From Candidatus Brocadia sp. (GTDB lineage: Bacteria > Planctomycetota > Brocadiia > Brocadiales > Brocadiaceae), in NCBI GenBank assembly GCA_021650915.1, contig CP091279.1, positions 180,001 to 212,000 on the forward strand: 32,000 nt of DNA, read 5' to 3'. The notes under the pieces are model-generated. The model was not told the origin of the DNA. It saw nothing but the letters and a program-made list of their open reading frames with translations, and did not search any database. A program made the position numbers and the translations under genes. The first letter of the stretch is position 1; the number at the start of each line of letters is the position of its first letter. Below are positions 7,836 to 17,971 of this stretch, one piece after another.

Positions 7836-10550
7836 TCACCGTGGCAATAAGGACGTTTCCAGAATTTTATACCACTCATTGAAGACATCCCGACTCCTCA
7901 AATCCAGAACCCTCTGTTCGTCACCCTGTCCCTTTTCGATCTCAGGCAACCGTGCTTTATCCGATAACTGCATCTGGTCTGACTTGAATGCCTCCCACCC
8001 TCCCAGCTTATCCGCAATGTGGTATCCAAGCGCACGGTACGCCTCAAACTGCGCCTCATCAAAGAACTGGTCGGCCGTCGATTCATGGGGAAAATCCTTG
8101 TTTTTCGAATGATACTCACGGATATATTCATTTTCATCACCCGTGAGGGAAGACTTGATGTACAGGAGATACCCCGTCTCTCCGTCTCCGTAATGAATTT
8201 TTCCGGATGCACAGTGTTTGTTGGTAAATTCATTTTCATCTTTTCCCCTTCGCAGGGCATTCAGATTAATGTCAATATCGATGCTCAAATCAATGCGGGC
8301 GTACCGTATCAGCTTCGCCAAACCTCCAAAAGTCATATCCGGATCTGCCTCCGCATCGCAGGCAATGATGTATTTGCACCTGCGGCGCAGCAGTTCATAA
8401 ATACCGAGGTTTTCAATGTGACCACCATCTGAGATATTCACATATTTACTATCTTCTGTAATCCAGCCAAATAGTTCTTTTACGAGATAGTACGGCCCGA
8501 CACCTGCAAATGGACTTCGACTATTATATTTTAGGAAAAGGTGTTTAGCCTTCCTTAATTTATGGGGATTTGGAATCCAATATCCCAGTCTGATATTAAG
8601 GAGCGCCATAATAAAAACAAGCGGTTTTATGGTGGTTGTACCCATATTAGGCGCTGCCGCAGCGCCGGATATGGCCATAGCGGTTCCCAGATCCAGGTGA
8701 GAATCCGCCTTTTCCATATCTGCCGTTTTACAAAATCCCGTTTTCATACCGCCGCAAAAGTGTTTACTGAGGATAAAAAAATCCGCATTCCGATCACGAA
8801 GATTAACATCCTCGCTTCCTTGCAGATTAAGCGCCACATTGATCAGGTGATACGGCGCCTTTGTGCCTCCTCTGTTTAGATGGGAAAGTTTTTGTTCATC
8901 ATTCGGTCGGATATTGCTCTCTTTTCCCGCTGTCTGAAACAAATACGCCGGGCTTAATTGGTCCCGGTAATAGTTGTGAAAAGACGTCCTGTTTATATCC
9001 GTAATTATCCTCGTAATACCAAACACTCCCGCGGCAGTGGCAAACAACATGGCTAAAGAAATATACCCGTTCAGCAGGCACTTACATAGCATTAAGTAAA
9101 GGAGGAAAAGAATAAATGGTCCCAGCATACCCAGGAACCAGAGTGTTATTTTCCCCCGCACCTTTGAAATATTTTCAGCCACCTTTCCGGCAAATATTAC
9201 CGGAATAAAGGAAATCACCGCGGCTATTACCGTCCTTATCCATTCCATGCCTAATGCGAGATAATAGGAAAGCACCGTTACTGTGAGTTCCAGAAGCGCG
9301 CATATAAAAACCAACAAGAGTCCAATGCTGAATGTTTTATCATAGCCGGTACGACTTTTGATCTTCTGGAAAAAAAATATCTGAATGAAAAGGAAGAGAA
9401 ATACATAGCACAGATAACCAATTCCAGACACTACGGTTAAACGATACTGGTTGTAAAATGTTTTCCAGTCCAACGAGAAATTTCTTTTATTGATCTGTTT
9501 TCCTACGAATGACCACCAGTTAACGTCGCCATCAATTCCCGTCAAAACATCCCTTATCTCTTGCTTTTGTTTAAACACCCTGCCTTCCAACTGTGCCATA
9601 ACCTCAGGAGGAAGTCCCTCCGACTTTAATTTTTCCCGGGCGTTTTCTGTAATTACATAGTGTGATTGTTGTTCCACCTCATTCAATGTATTACCATACA
9701 ATAATACCGTCACTATTACCGCCGCCATAACATACGGTAAGAGCAAGAGCAGATTAATCAGTGCGCCACGCACGAAAAGAGCCGGTATCTTTAGCCAGTC
9801 GATGATGCCATTCGGCGCGATATAATTGCCATAATTTCTCAGATGTTTAAATGCCAGAGGTTCTGGCTTTCCTTTCTCGTGGCGAAAGGGAAATTCCTTC
9901 TCCCCCGGTCCGGTTTCCGGATTATTGAGCACAGAACTCAGGCATGAGCCAATATACCCACCACCAGAAACGGTCGAGAGGTAATCAACGTGTTTAAGAG
10001 CCCCATGCTCTGCAAGCACCTGCAGGACACCAAGATTAAACGTGGCAGAGCGGATACCGCCGCCCGACAGAGCTAAACCAACAAGACCGTAGCTCGTTGT
10101 TGGTTTAGCTTTTTTCATTAATTCTTTCTTTTTATCCTCGTAAATATTTTTGCAGTGTTCATATTCAGCATTTGTTTCTCTTTCCCAAAAATTCTTGCAC
10201 ACCTGCCTTATGAACAATAAAGGGTTTTTCTTTTCTTTTTCAGAAAGATTTTTTCTGCATTTCTGGAAATTCCTATAGACCTTTTTAACAAGACTTCCCT
10301 TACCTTCCTCCTCTCTCTGAAGTTTTGTTTCCAAATCATGAAGGGTTTTTCGTATTCGTATTACTTCATCCATTTTTGAAAGTTCATTTATCAGATCTCC
10401 TCTTTCCGATCTGAAATCCGCAGGAGAGAATACTTCTTTCCGCCGCGCAGCAATCTCAATTAATTCGGTGGGAAACACTTCTCTATCAAACTGTTCGCTT
10501 AAATCACGATTCTTCTTTTTCATTTTTTCGCTCCTGTTCTTCGAGAGCAA
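7836..10550 (-). CDS. Patatin-like phospholipase with large transmembrane insertion
   Basis: 904 aa; oxyanion motif GLALSGGGIRSATFNLG, nucleophile region DYLSTVSGGGYIG, later DGGHIENLGIYELLRR; several hydrophobic segments lie between them. Confidence 0.85.
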   Translation of the reverse strand: MLSKNRSEKMKKKNRDLSEQFDREVFPTELIEIAARRKEVFSPADFRSERGDLINELSKMDEVIRIRKTLHDLETKLQREEEGKGSLVKKVYRNFQKCRKNLSEKEKKNPLLFIRQVCKNFWERETNAEYEHCKNIYEDKKKELMKKAKPTTSYGLVGLALSGGGIRSATFNLGVLQVLAEHGALKHVDYLSTVSGGGYIGSCLSSVLNNPETGPGEKEFPFRHEKGKPEPLAFKHLRNYGNYIAPNGIIDWLKIPALFVRGALINLLLLLPYVMAAVIVTVLLYGNTLNEVEQQSHYVITENAREKLKSEGLPPEVMAQLEGRVFKQKQEIRDVLTGIDGDVNWWSFVGKQINKRNFSLDWKTFYNQYRLTVVSGIGYLCYVFLFLFIQIFFFQKIKSRTGYDKTFSIGLLLVFICALLELTVTVLSYYLALGMEWIRTVIAAVISFIPVIFAGKVAENISKVRGKITLWFLGMLGPFILFLLYLMLCKCLLNGYISLAMLFATAAGVFGITRIITDINRTSFHNYYRDQLSPAYLFQTAGKESNIRPNDEQKLSHLNRGGTKAPYHLINVALNLQGSEDVNLRDRNADFFILSKHFCGGMKTGFCKTADMEKADSHLDLGTAMAISGAAAAPNMGTTTIKPLVFIMALLNIRLGYWIPNPHKLRKAKHLFLKYNSRSPFAGVGPYYLVKELFGWITEDSKYVNISDGGHIENLGIYELLRRRCKYIIACDAEADPDMTFGGLAKLIRYARIDLSIDIDINLNALRRGKDENEFTNKHCASGKIHYGDGETGYLLYIKSSLTGDENEYIREYHSKNKDFPHESTADQFFDEAQFEAYRALGYHIADKLGGWEAFKSDQMQLSDKARLPEIEKGQGDEQRVLDLRSRDVFNEWYKILETSLLPR

Positions 10551-10583
10551 AGAATCCGCCCGCAGAGCAGGCTGATTCTTTAC

Positions 10584-13145
10584 TTAGTTATCCAGTGCAT
10601 TGCGTTTCACTTCAAAAAATTCTGAAATTTTTCTGTACGTCTCCGCCTGTTTAAAGTAATTAAGGTGGTAGACATGGTCTGCTGGCTGAAATGCATGGCT
10701 TAATGTCTTTTTACCTTGAATGCCTTTTGGCCAGTCAACAATCATTTTTTCTGTATCAACCACTAAATCATTTGGCGCGCCGAAAAAGGCATCGGCAATG
10801 CCGTCAATAATGTCATCCCTGACCCCACCCGCGGAAATTCCTGATGGTTCAAACTCAGACCCAATCGTGTCATACGTTACCACCCCCTTAACATCAGTAC
10901 CTTTCTTGTTTAAGGTGTTGATAAAATCTGAATGGGGATCCATTGCCCAAATCCCTGGAATTGACTGATCTTTGATTTTCTGAGAAAGGAACTTAACCAA
11001 CCCGCCAACGAGGCTAAAGAAAATTTTCATGGGCGCCCCGCCGGCGAAAAAGAAGATATTCGTTAACAGATTGACCATTTTTGACAATGAATCCCATTTG
11101 CTGGTATCTGCCAGACTGGTTCCACCCGCAGGACACGCAACCATAGTTACCCTATCTACGTATCGATATCCTTCGTCAGTAAGCTCGACCAGAGACCGCA
11201 ATACCAGCCCACCACGGCTATGCGTTATTACATCAAACTTCAAACCCACATCCGAAATACCGGATTCCTTCAATTTCATCAGCATCTCACGGGCATTCTC
11301 AAGAGGAGTTTTTGACAGGGTGAAATGGTCATATCCCAGAATGACGGGATAGGTATCCTTTAACGTCTCCAGAATTGCCGGTGGTACATCTTCATATCCG
11401 CCCTCAAGAGAACTTCCTGTGCCATGAATGAAGAGAAGCGCCTTCTTGTTGCCTTTTACCAAATCCCTGACACCATCCCAATGGGTTACCGGATCGGTTT
11501 TTGATAGTCCTTCAACAAAGCCCTTGCTGTGCTCGATCAGCTTAAAGCCTTCCTTGATTACCTTTTCTTCAAATGCCTGCAACATCTTTTTTATAGCTTC
11601 AGAACTGCCCTCCTGGAACCAGTCTTTCGTAAATTTGATAACACAAACAAGCTTGCTCCATATCCCCCGTGTAGTCCTGTTCTGCACCTTAAAAGGAATG
11701 GTAAAAAAGCTCATTGGGCGTATTTCGTCACCCATCAGCCCCTTACTTGCCCCATCATCATCCTTAAAGTGCCACGCCCATACACCGTCTTCATGTGAGA
11801 GAAGAACCGTCTCTTGTTCTGTCTCTCCGGTTTTTTTGAGTTCACCTCTAATGGCAAGTTGAATTGGTTTCAACAGTTCTTCTATACCAATAACACGCTG
11901 TTCATTCGGACAAAATTCAAGCACCTTTTCAACCTTGAAGTATTCACCGTTTTCCAGAAAATCAAGACATTCCGGATGATAAGCATCGCCAATTGCATTA
12001 CGACTGCCATCCTTTGCCTTCCGGTTTGCTATGTCGGTCAAATCCCTTACCGTTCCAATAAATTCAGATGAGGGAAGAAGAATTACATCTCTCGAAATTG
12101 CACATTTTAAATTTTTAGAGGAAATAGATATACGTCTTAATGCCCCATTATCCCCCTGGGATTTGAAATCTGATACGGGGGAGTCTGAAGAAACCGGACT
12201 CGTGTAACCTTTCGGCGGATGCCCTTCACTGCATATCAGGGGGTGCCCATGTTCACAGGTAAGTTCGGTCTTCATGGCTGCAGACAAAAACCTTGTATTT
12301 TTTAGATCTTCATTCCCGAATAATTGCGGAATTTGACTGAAGGAATTATATGCAAGACTATTTTGCACCCTTTTCACAAGTTCCTGATAGGTTATCGTTC
12401 CTCTTGTATCCCGGATTGTTTTGCAAAGGTTATAGGTAAAGGCGCCATGGTAGTCGTTACTAATAAAGGCATCGGCAGAGGTCTGGTCGTCCATACACCC
12501 CGACAGGAGGATATGCTTTGCTTTGGCGCTCGTTTCGGACGCCGTATTTTTCTTGTCTTCCTTAATTCTTGCGCCCATTCGCCGGACAGCCGCCATTCTC
12601 CGGTAGCTTCTCAATGCAACATCCGCCGGTGGCTCAATAAAACGCGGCTGGATCTTTATTTCGCCGGGAGAAATTTGCAACTGCGAAGTAAGATATGCAA
12701 GGTCCCTGGTCGCAGTTCCAGAATGACATGAATCGATACACACCGTTAAAAAAGCCCCCTTAGGTATGCGATCGATGATATCGTTAAAGTCGTCATCAAG
12801 CAGGTAGGAATCCGGATTCCTGAAATCCATATCGTGCAAACAGAGGATTTCATCCAGCGAATCTTCCAGTTCATCGCCATCGCGATCCTGTATCTGTGAG
12901 CCATGCCCTGAAAAATGGAATACCAGGATATCTCCTTCCCGGGCTTCGTCTAAAAGCCAATCAAACCGGTTCATCAGGTTATTCCGGGTAACACCCTCAT
13001 CAACAATGGTCCGAATTTCATCCGTCCGAAACCCGTAAAAACTCGTCAGAATGTCGACCATGTTGCGCACATCGTTGACACAGCCATTGAGAGGTCTTAC
13101 GTATTTATACTTGTTGACCCCCACCAACAATGCCTTTTTCCCCAT
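10584..13145 (-). CDS. Caspase-like (peptidase C14/metacaspase) domain fused to C-terminal alpha/beta-hydrolase (lipase-like)
   Basis: 853 aa; N-terminal KKALLVGVNKY, His motif FHFSGHGSQ, Cys motif TVCIDSCHSG; C-terminal LLFIHGTGSS and VITHSRGGLVLRSL (GxSxG-like). Confidence 0.88.
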   Translation of the reverse strand: MGKKALLVGVNKYKYVRPLNGCVNDVRNMVDILTSFYGFRTDEIRTIVDEGVTRNNLMNRFDWLLDEAREGDILVFHFSGHGSQIQDRDGDELEDSLDEILCLHDMDFRNPDSYLLDDDFNDIIDRIPKGAFLTVCIDSCHSGTATRDLAYLTSQLQISPGEIKIQPRFIEPPADVALRSYRRMAAVRRMGARIKEDKKNTASETSAKAKHILLSGCMDDQTSADAFISNDYHGAFTYNLCKTIRDTRGTITYQELVKRVQNSLAYNSFSQIPQLFGNEDLKNTRFLSAAMKTELTCEHGHPLICSEGHPPKGYTSPVSSDSPVSDFKSQGDNGALRRISISSKNLKCAISRDVILLPSSEFIGTVRDLTDIANRKAKDGSRNAIGDAYHPECLDFLENGEYFKVEKVLEFCPNEQRVIGIEELLKPIQLAIRGELKKTGETEQETVLLSHEDGVWAWHFKDDDGASKGLMGDEIRPMSFFTIPFKVQNRTTRGIWSKLVCVIKFTKDWFQEGSSEAIKKMLQAFEEKVIKEGFKLIEHSKGFVEGLSKTDPVTHWDGVRDLVKGNKKALLFIHGTGSSLEGGYEDVPPAILETLKDTYPVILGYDHFTLSKTPLENAREMLMKLKESGISDVGLKFDVITHSRGGLVLRSLVELTDEGYRYVDRVTMVACPAGGTSLADTSKWDSLSKMVNLLTNIFFFAGGAPMKIFFSLVGGLVKFLSQKIKDQSIPGIWAMDPHSDFINTLNKKGTDVKGVVTYDTIGSEFEPSGISAGGVRDDIIDGIADAFFGAPNDLVVDTEKMIVDWPKGIQGKKTLSHAFQPADHVYHLNYFKQAETYRKISEFFEVKRNALDN

Positions 13146-14390
13146 CTACTCCTCCTTTTTGTAAAATAACTCCCCTCTGTTGCTCGTGCCATTCCATAAT
13201 TGAAACCCTTGTACTTCATTCGACTGGTCATCAATCTTGAAGATGACATAATCAATCGATTCCTGTTGTCCAAATACGATCTGCTTTTTCTTGTATCCAC
13301 CGGGGACAATCCTTCTTCTCCAGGTGCCGGTATTTACATAATATTTTTCCTTGCCGTCCTCCACATTCAGGAGTTGGACACAACTTTCATGGGTGTGACC
13401 AAAGAGGACGTAGTCGCACTGATGTTGCTCGCACAATTTTAATGCTTCCAACGCATTCTTGTCCGTGTCTTTGATAAAATCCCGCTTGATTTCCAAAAAT
13501 TTTTCGTAAACCCGTTCCAGGGTGGTATCCGTAAAGTGCTTGAATGCTATTTCAAGTTTATCAGCATCATCGGGGAGCAGACTCCAATAGTCGTGCTTTT
13601 GCAACCACTCTTTAACAAACGCATCATGAAAGAATTTATCCGACAGTATGTTCCAGGTATCGATTAATATCTTCTGATTTTTAGGCTTCAGGGACTTCTT
13701 CACCTGGTCAATCCAGTACGGTGTCATGGTAGACGGCCTGAGATTATCGATCTCCTGAAGGGCGTCAAATACATCCGGATCATCGATAACCTTGTTAACC
13801 TCTTCGGGATATTGATTAATTAAGAGCGTTACAATTGCATCGCCTACCGGCAGTGCATTATTTTCCGTTTTATTGTATACGTCATAATTATTGCCATGAA
13901 CTGCATAGACAGGCAACCCGTCTACCCGATATTCCCAGGGAAATGGTTCGCCCTTGCTTTTTGTGTAAGAAATTCCTGAAACGTCCCGGATTTTTTCTCT
14001 CATATCCTCGTACCCTTCGCTATTAATCAGACGGTCGTGATTCCCCATGATATAGGTAATTTTCACCTTTTTTTCTTCTACGTATCCCTTTAAGGTATCA
14101 AAGACCGATTTATTTTTTTTGATCACTTTACTTAAAACCTCGTCCACCCGCTCCTTTTTTTTCTTTGAAGCTTCTGACCACGGCTGCATATCTCCTGTCC
14201 ACTGCGTCGAGCGGATTACATCGATAAAATCACCGAGGATGATAATTTCCAATTTTTTCGTGCCGCCTGCGTTGTCTACGTCACCTTGAATATCACTCCA
14301 GAATCCTTCGAGCGTACCGGCAGTAATATTATGATCGCCTGTGGTAGTATCTGACAAATGAACATCACTGAAAAAGACCTTTATCGACAT
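13146..14390 (-). CDS. Calcineurin-like metallophosphoesterase
   Basis: 414 aa; SDVHLSD, ILGDFIDV, IMGNHDRL, HGNNYD, LFGHTHE. Its stop codon directly abuts the ATG of the caspase-lipase gene. Confidence 0.9.
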   Translation of the reverse strand: MSIKVFFSDVHLSDTTTGDHNITAGTLEGFWSDIQGDVDNAGGTKKLEIIILGDFIDVIRSTQWTGDMQPWSEASKKKKERVDEVLSKVIKKNKSVFDTLKGYVEEKKVKITYIMGNHDRLINSEGYEDMREKIRDVSGISYTKSKGEPFPWEYRVDGLPVYAVHGNNYDVYNKTENNALPVGDAIVTLLINQYPEEVNKVIDDPDVFDALQEIDNLRPSTMTPYWIDQVKKSLKPKNQKILIDTWNILSDKFFHDAFVKEWLQKHDYWSLLPDDADKLEIAFKHFTDTTLERVYEKFLEIKRDFIKDTDKNALEALKLCEQHQCDYVLFGHTHESCVQLLNVEDGKEKYYVNTGTWRRRIVPGGYKKKQIVFGQQESIDYVIFKIDDQSNEVQGFQLWNGTSNRGELFYKKEE

Positions 14391-14620
14391 AACCTTCTCC
14401 TTCTCATTAAAGAATAGACTTAACGATTAACCAATTACCCATTTGTTGTCTTAACAGATGGTAAGATTTTTTAGGCATCCAAATTTTTCTTTCTAAAATA
14501 TTTGTTTGATGGTTCTCTCTATTTCTGCGGATGATCGTTACAGCGTATAGACACATTATCAATGGCCGCACAGAAACTTATAATTCCTTACTATCAAGAT
14601 CAAACCCCAAGCGACCGGAC

Positions 14621-15982
14621 TTATTTTTTAAGATGTGACACTCTGCCCCCCTCGTTGTTTTGAAGAATTCTCACTGCGTTTCGCAGTTGCTGAATCCATA
14701 ATGGAGTCCCAGTTCTCTCTTTCCAATTTTTAGGAAAAGACCAATACAGCGTGTGGCTGAATAGCCCCAAGCGGAGATTGGTTTTAACTGCAACATCCTT
14801 GACACCTTGCCCGAACATTGGCGCGACCGGTCCACCGATCAAATCACCCCAGAATGTCCAATGGCAAGGGAAATAGAGGTTGGTCCAGCGGGTAGGTGCG
14901 AATACCGCCGCATGGTGTGGCACCCAAACACCATCCTTCTCGAATGAAAAGGTTTTCAGCTTTAACTTTTTCACAGTCCTGTCTTCTAAGACAGGTGGAC
15001 AAGCCGGAAACTCGCGCTCTTCTTCTTTACGTACAAAATTCCGTTCGTCCCGTGCCAATAACACAGATGCGTGTGCAAGCGGGCTACCCAAAGTAACAAA
15101 ATCAGTTACCTTCCATTTATTTCCCTGACTCTGTAGCTCAGTCAGATAAGCAGATTGGATTGTTTGATACGTTTTTATGTCTAGACTTCCGGTTAAGGAC
15201 TCTCGAACCATATTTTCTAACTTATCAAGCTCTGTGTACGTGGTTGGATTTCTAGATGCAGCCATTACATGAGCATTATGATAACGTACCCAAAGATGCG
15301 TCAGGATGTCATATCCAATCACACTTCCTAAACTGTGTCCTACGACAATAATACGATCATACCTAGGTGAGGAATGCAATTTTTCCAGGAGTTGGATTCC
15401 AGCCTCACGAATCCGGCGTCGAATTTCTATATTTGGCGGGGCGACATGTAAATAACGTGCTGCATCCCCGGCATATTTGATAAGAAATCCAATGAGCAAT
15501 GAGTTAAAAATAAACCATGCAAAGCTACCTACCTTTATGACCCATAGCGAAATCGGCACGAACTTAAACACATGGTTCAAACCGGCTATTACTGCCAGCA
15601 AAAAGAGCGCGATGATCAAGTACCAAATGCCACGCAGTTGCCTGGGTACACGCCAAGGCCAGCGCAAGACCAAAACCTTGGCCCATGCGCCGACATGAGA
15701 AAGAGTCGTACCTTCCATTAAATGCGCCCAATAGAATTCAAAGAAATCCGTCCTCTTCTTGTCACGATTGTCAGCGGTAGTCAGTCGTCTGAGTTCAAAG
15801 TTGCCTGAAATTGCGTCTGGTTTGCTCAAAGCCTGGGCTGGTTTATTGGACCAGCGAAGCGACGAATCGGTAACCCATACTGCCTCAACAAACCCGCGCA
15901 GTGTGTCCATTGGTACTTGTTCGCCGATGCCGTGAATCAAGACGACTGCTTGTTTTGGTTCTGGTTTTTCCTCTTCTGCCAT
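14621..15982 (-). CDS. Alpha/beta-hydrolase family protein with TM segments
   Basis: 453 aa; AVVLIHGIGEQ and nucleophile elbow IIVVGHSLGSVIGYD; hydrophobic segments (LIIALFLLAVIAGL; VGSFAWFIFNSLLIGFLI). Confidence 0.8.
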   Translation of the reverse strand: MAEEEKPEPKQAVVLIHGIGEQVPMDTLRGFVEAVWVTDSSLRWSNKPAQALSKPDAISGNFELRRLTTADNRDKKRTDFFEFYWAHLMEGTTLSHVGAWAKVLVLRWPWRVPRQLRGIWYLIIALFLLAVIAGLNHVFKFVPISLWVIKVGSFAWFIFNSLLIGFLIKYAGDAARYLHVAPPNIEIRRRIREAGIQLLEKLHSSPRYDRIIVVGHSLGSVIGYDILTHLWVRYHNAHVMAASRNPTTYTELDKLENMVRESLTGSLDIKTYQTIQSAYLTELQSQGNKWKVTDFVTLGSPLAHASVLLARDERNFVRKEEEREFPACPPVLEDRTVKKLKLKTFSFEKDGVWVPHHAAVFAPTRWTNLYFPCHWTFWGDLIGGPVAPMFGQGVKDVAVKTNLRLGLFSHTLYWSFPKNWKERTGTPLWIQQLRNAVRILQNNEGGRVSHLKK

Positions 15983-16030
15983 GCTTTACCTCCTTTGTGA
16001 TAATTAACCATTAAGAACAAAGCAAACAAT

Positions 16031-17635
16031 TTATGTACTGACAGAAAAGGGGGCAAAACGTTTTATAAGCAACCAGATTAATTGCCCCATGTCTTTGTCT
16101 AAAATGTCATTATGTGCATCATTTGGTTTATTTTCACCATTGCTAGAATTACATCCATCAACTATTACACTAGCGTCAATCAGTATTACTTTTTTCTCAT
16201 CTTCTTTCGGTATTTTTGATAATTTATCCAAATCTGTTTCGTAATTGTTTGTCCATTTGATCACATGAAAGACACCCTCATTATTTTCTTTCTTTATTTT
16301 TTTATTTTTTTCTTCTTCATTTTCTTTTTTTTCTGCATAGGCCAAACCATATTTACCGCCAACATGCCGTGAACCGGTAATAAAACGTGCAGTTTGATTT
16401 GCTGTATCATACCGTGACGATGTCAATGTAAATTTGGTCTCGTAATCTTTAAATCCTGCATAAGGAGAGCCTTCCCATCCTGCGTTTGCTACGAACCTTT
16501 TTGCACTGAATGCCCCCTGTAATCCGATAAAAAGATCTGCGTGTGACTCTGAAGAACTCTTGCGCAATTCAGACTTTTCAGACTTTTCAGGTTTTATATA
16601 TTCCTTACTAATAATTGCCTGAGAAAGGATCTGCGCTCCCATGCTGTGACCGATGGCAACAATCCTGGGACTAAAATCCTCTTTATATTCTTTCTTACAA
16701 TCGGTTTGAAATTCTTCTTTCGCTGACAATACTACCTTATGAATAACCCAATTTGCAATGGTACACCCAATTTCATCAGCATCGCCTTGTTTGGTAAAAT
16801 AACTAAAAAGAAATACTGTGTTTTTTTTCAACCAATTATTTTCTATTCCAGACCAAACGCTAGGCCATGTAAAACCAATTACCAGCGGGTTAAAGGAATC
16901 GCCTTTCTCATTATGAGCAGCATTTTTAACCTTATCAAGTATTGTATTGTAGCGATATATTGATTCCTGTTGATTGTTATTCCACCCCATAGACAAAATA
17001 ATGATGTGAGAATACGGTTTTTCCTGCTTTTCCGGCTCCCTACGCCATGTATGCACTTTTTCCTTTAAATCACTTACCAGCCTTTTTTCTAAGCATTCAA
17101 GCGCCTCGTATCCATCCTCGTAGTTTAAGTCATCTTTTTTATATTCGTCATAGGCATTATACAGAAAGTATGGCTTTCTATGTGTGTTAAAAGGACTGTT
17201 ATCTGGTTCTTCAAAATATCGCGCAATATGCGTTATTAGCATTGCCGTGTCGTCACCTGTGTATCTTTTAAAATTTTTGTCTCTTTTCTTTTTCTTTTTA
17301 ATCTCAGGGTCTCCACTATTTTCTTTGGATTCAGAAAGCAGTGAAAATCGGTCCGGATAACACTCCTCCGGAATCCCTCTTAATGATTCTCTTTCCCTTT
17401 TTTCAATACCAATAAGATAACCATCGTATTCTAATGAGAGATGTGATATGCGAGCCAGGTCACTGTATGGCAAATACGTTTGTATTTTACTGTTTTTGTA
17501 AATATTTTTTGTTTGCATCTTATTAGCCGAGCATCCGGCAAGAATCAGTAGCGAGAACAGTACAAAACCAAGATTATACTTTCGCATTGTTGTTTTTCCT
17601 TTCTCTGAAGTCAATGTAGTCTCATCGATTACCAA
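16031..17635 (-). CDS. Alpha/beta-hydrolase lipoprotein
   Basis: 534 aa ORF; likely start at Met17 (about 17587), giving MRKYNLGFVLFSLLILAGC lipobox; GxSxG as IVAIGHSMGAQILSQ. Confidence 0.78.
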   Translation of the reverse strand: MVIDETTLTSEKGKTTMRKYNLGFVLFSLLILAGCSANKMQTKNIYKNSKIQTYLPYSDLARISHLSLEYDGYLIGIEKRERESLRGIPEECYPDRFSLLSESKENSGDPEIKKKKKRDKNFKRYTGDDTAMLITHIARYFEEPDNSPFNTHRKPYFLYNAYDEYKKDDLNYEDGYEALECLEKRLVSDLKEKVHTWRREPEKQEKPYSHIIILSMGWNNNQQESIYRYNTILDKVKNAAHNEKGDSFNPLVIGFTWPSVWSGIENNWLKKNTVFLFSYFTKQGDADEIGCTIANWVIHKVVLSAKEEFQTDCKKEYKEDFSPRIVAIGHSMGAQILSQAIISKEYIKPEKSEKSELRKSSSESHADLFIGLQGAFSAKRFVANAGWEGSPYAGFKDYETKFTLTSSRYDTANQTARFITGSRHVGGKYGLAYAEKKENEEEKNKKIKKENNEGVFHVIKWTNNYETDLDKLSKIPKEDEKKVILIDASVIVDGCNSSNGENKPNDAHNDILDKDMGQLIWLLIKRFAPFSVST

Positions 17636-17971
17636 TTACACGTTCATACTGCATTAATAAACTGAAAGCCAAAAAGGCAAATAAAATTACACGGTTTTCA
17701 TTTTATTCTCCTCCAACATAAAATCGTATTGTCGTTATTCAAAACTTGGCGCGGCAAATGACATCAATTTCATTACTTTCAATGGGCACACTGGTAACGA
17801 TTGAGCCTTTTCATTCTCTTTATCTCAGTCAGTGCCACCTGCCCTGCTGGTGGCACTGACACTGTTTTAAGGCATAGCAAAATTACATGAAATTTCCTCC
17901 AGTAATCTGGAATTTATTACAAAATATTATTAGACAATACCAATAAATCCGCATTACTATAATTACAACTG

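Noticed and set aside
7546-8112. 188 aa plus-strand ORF
   Set aside because: Antisense to the 3' end of the patatin gene and the probable relic; low-complexity composition typical of a spurious shadow ORF.
11428-11862. 144 aa plus-strand ORF (and others opposite 10584-13145)
   Set aside because: Antisense shadow of the well-supported caspase-lipase gene.
7836-13145. CBASS-type patatin (CapV) or a canonical caspase-based defence system
   Set aside because: No CD-NTase, STAND ATPase, TPR-CHAT or gasdermin-like partner is visible in the window; a defence role is left as a hypothesis only.
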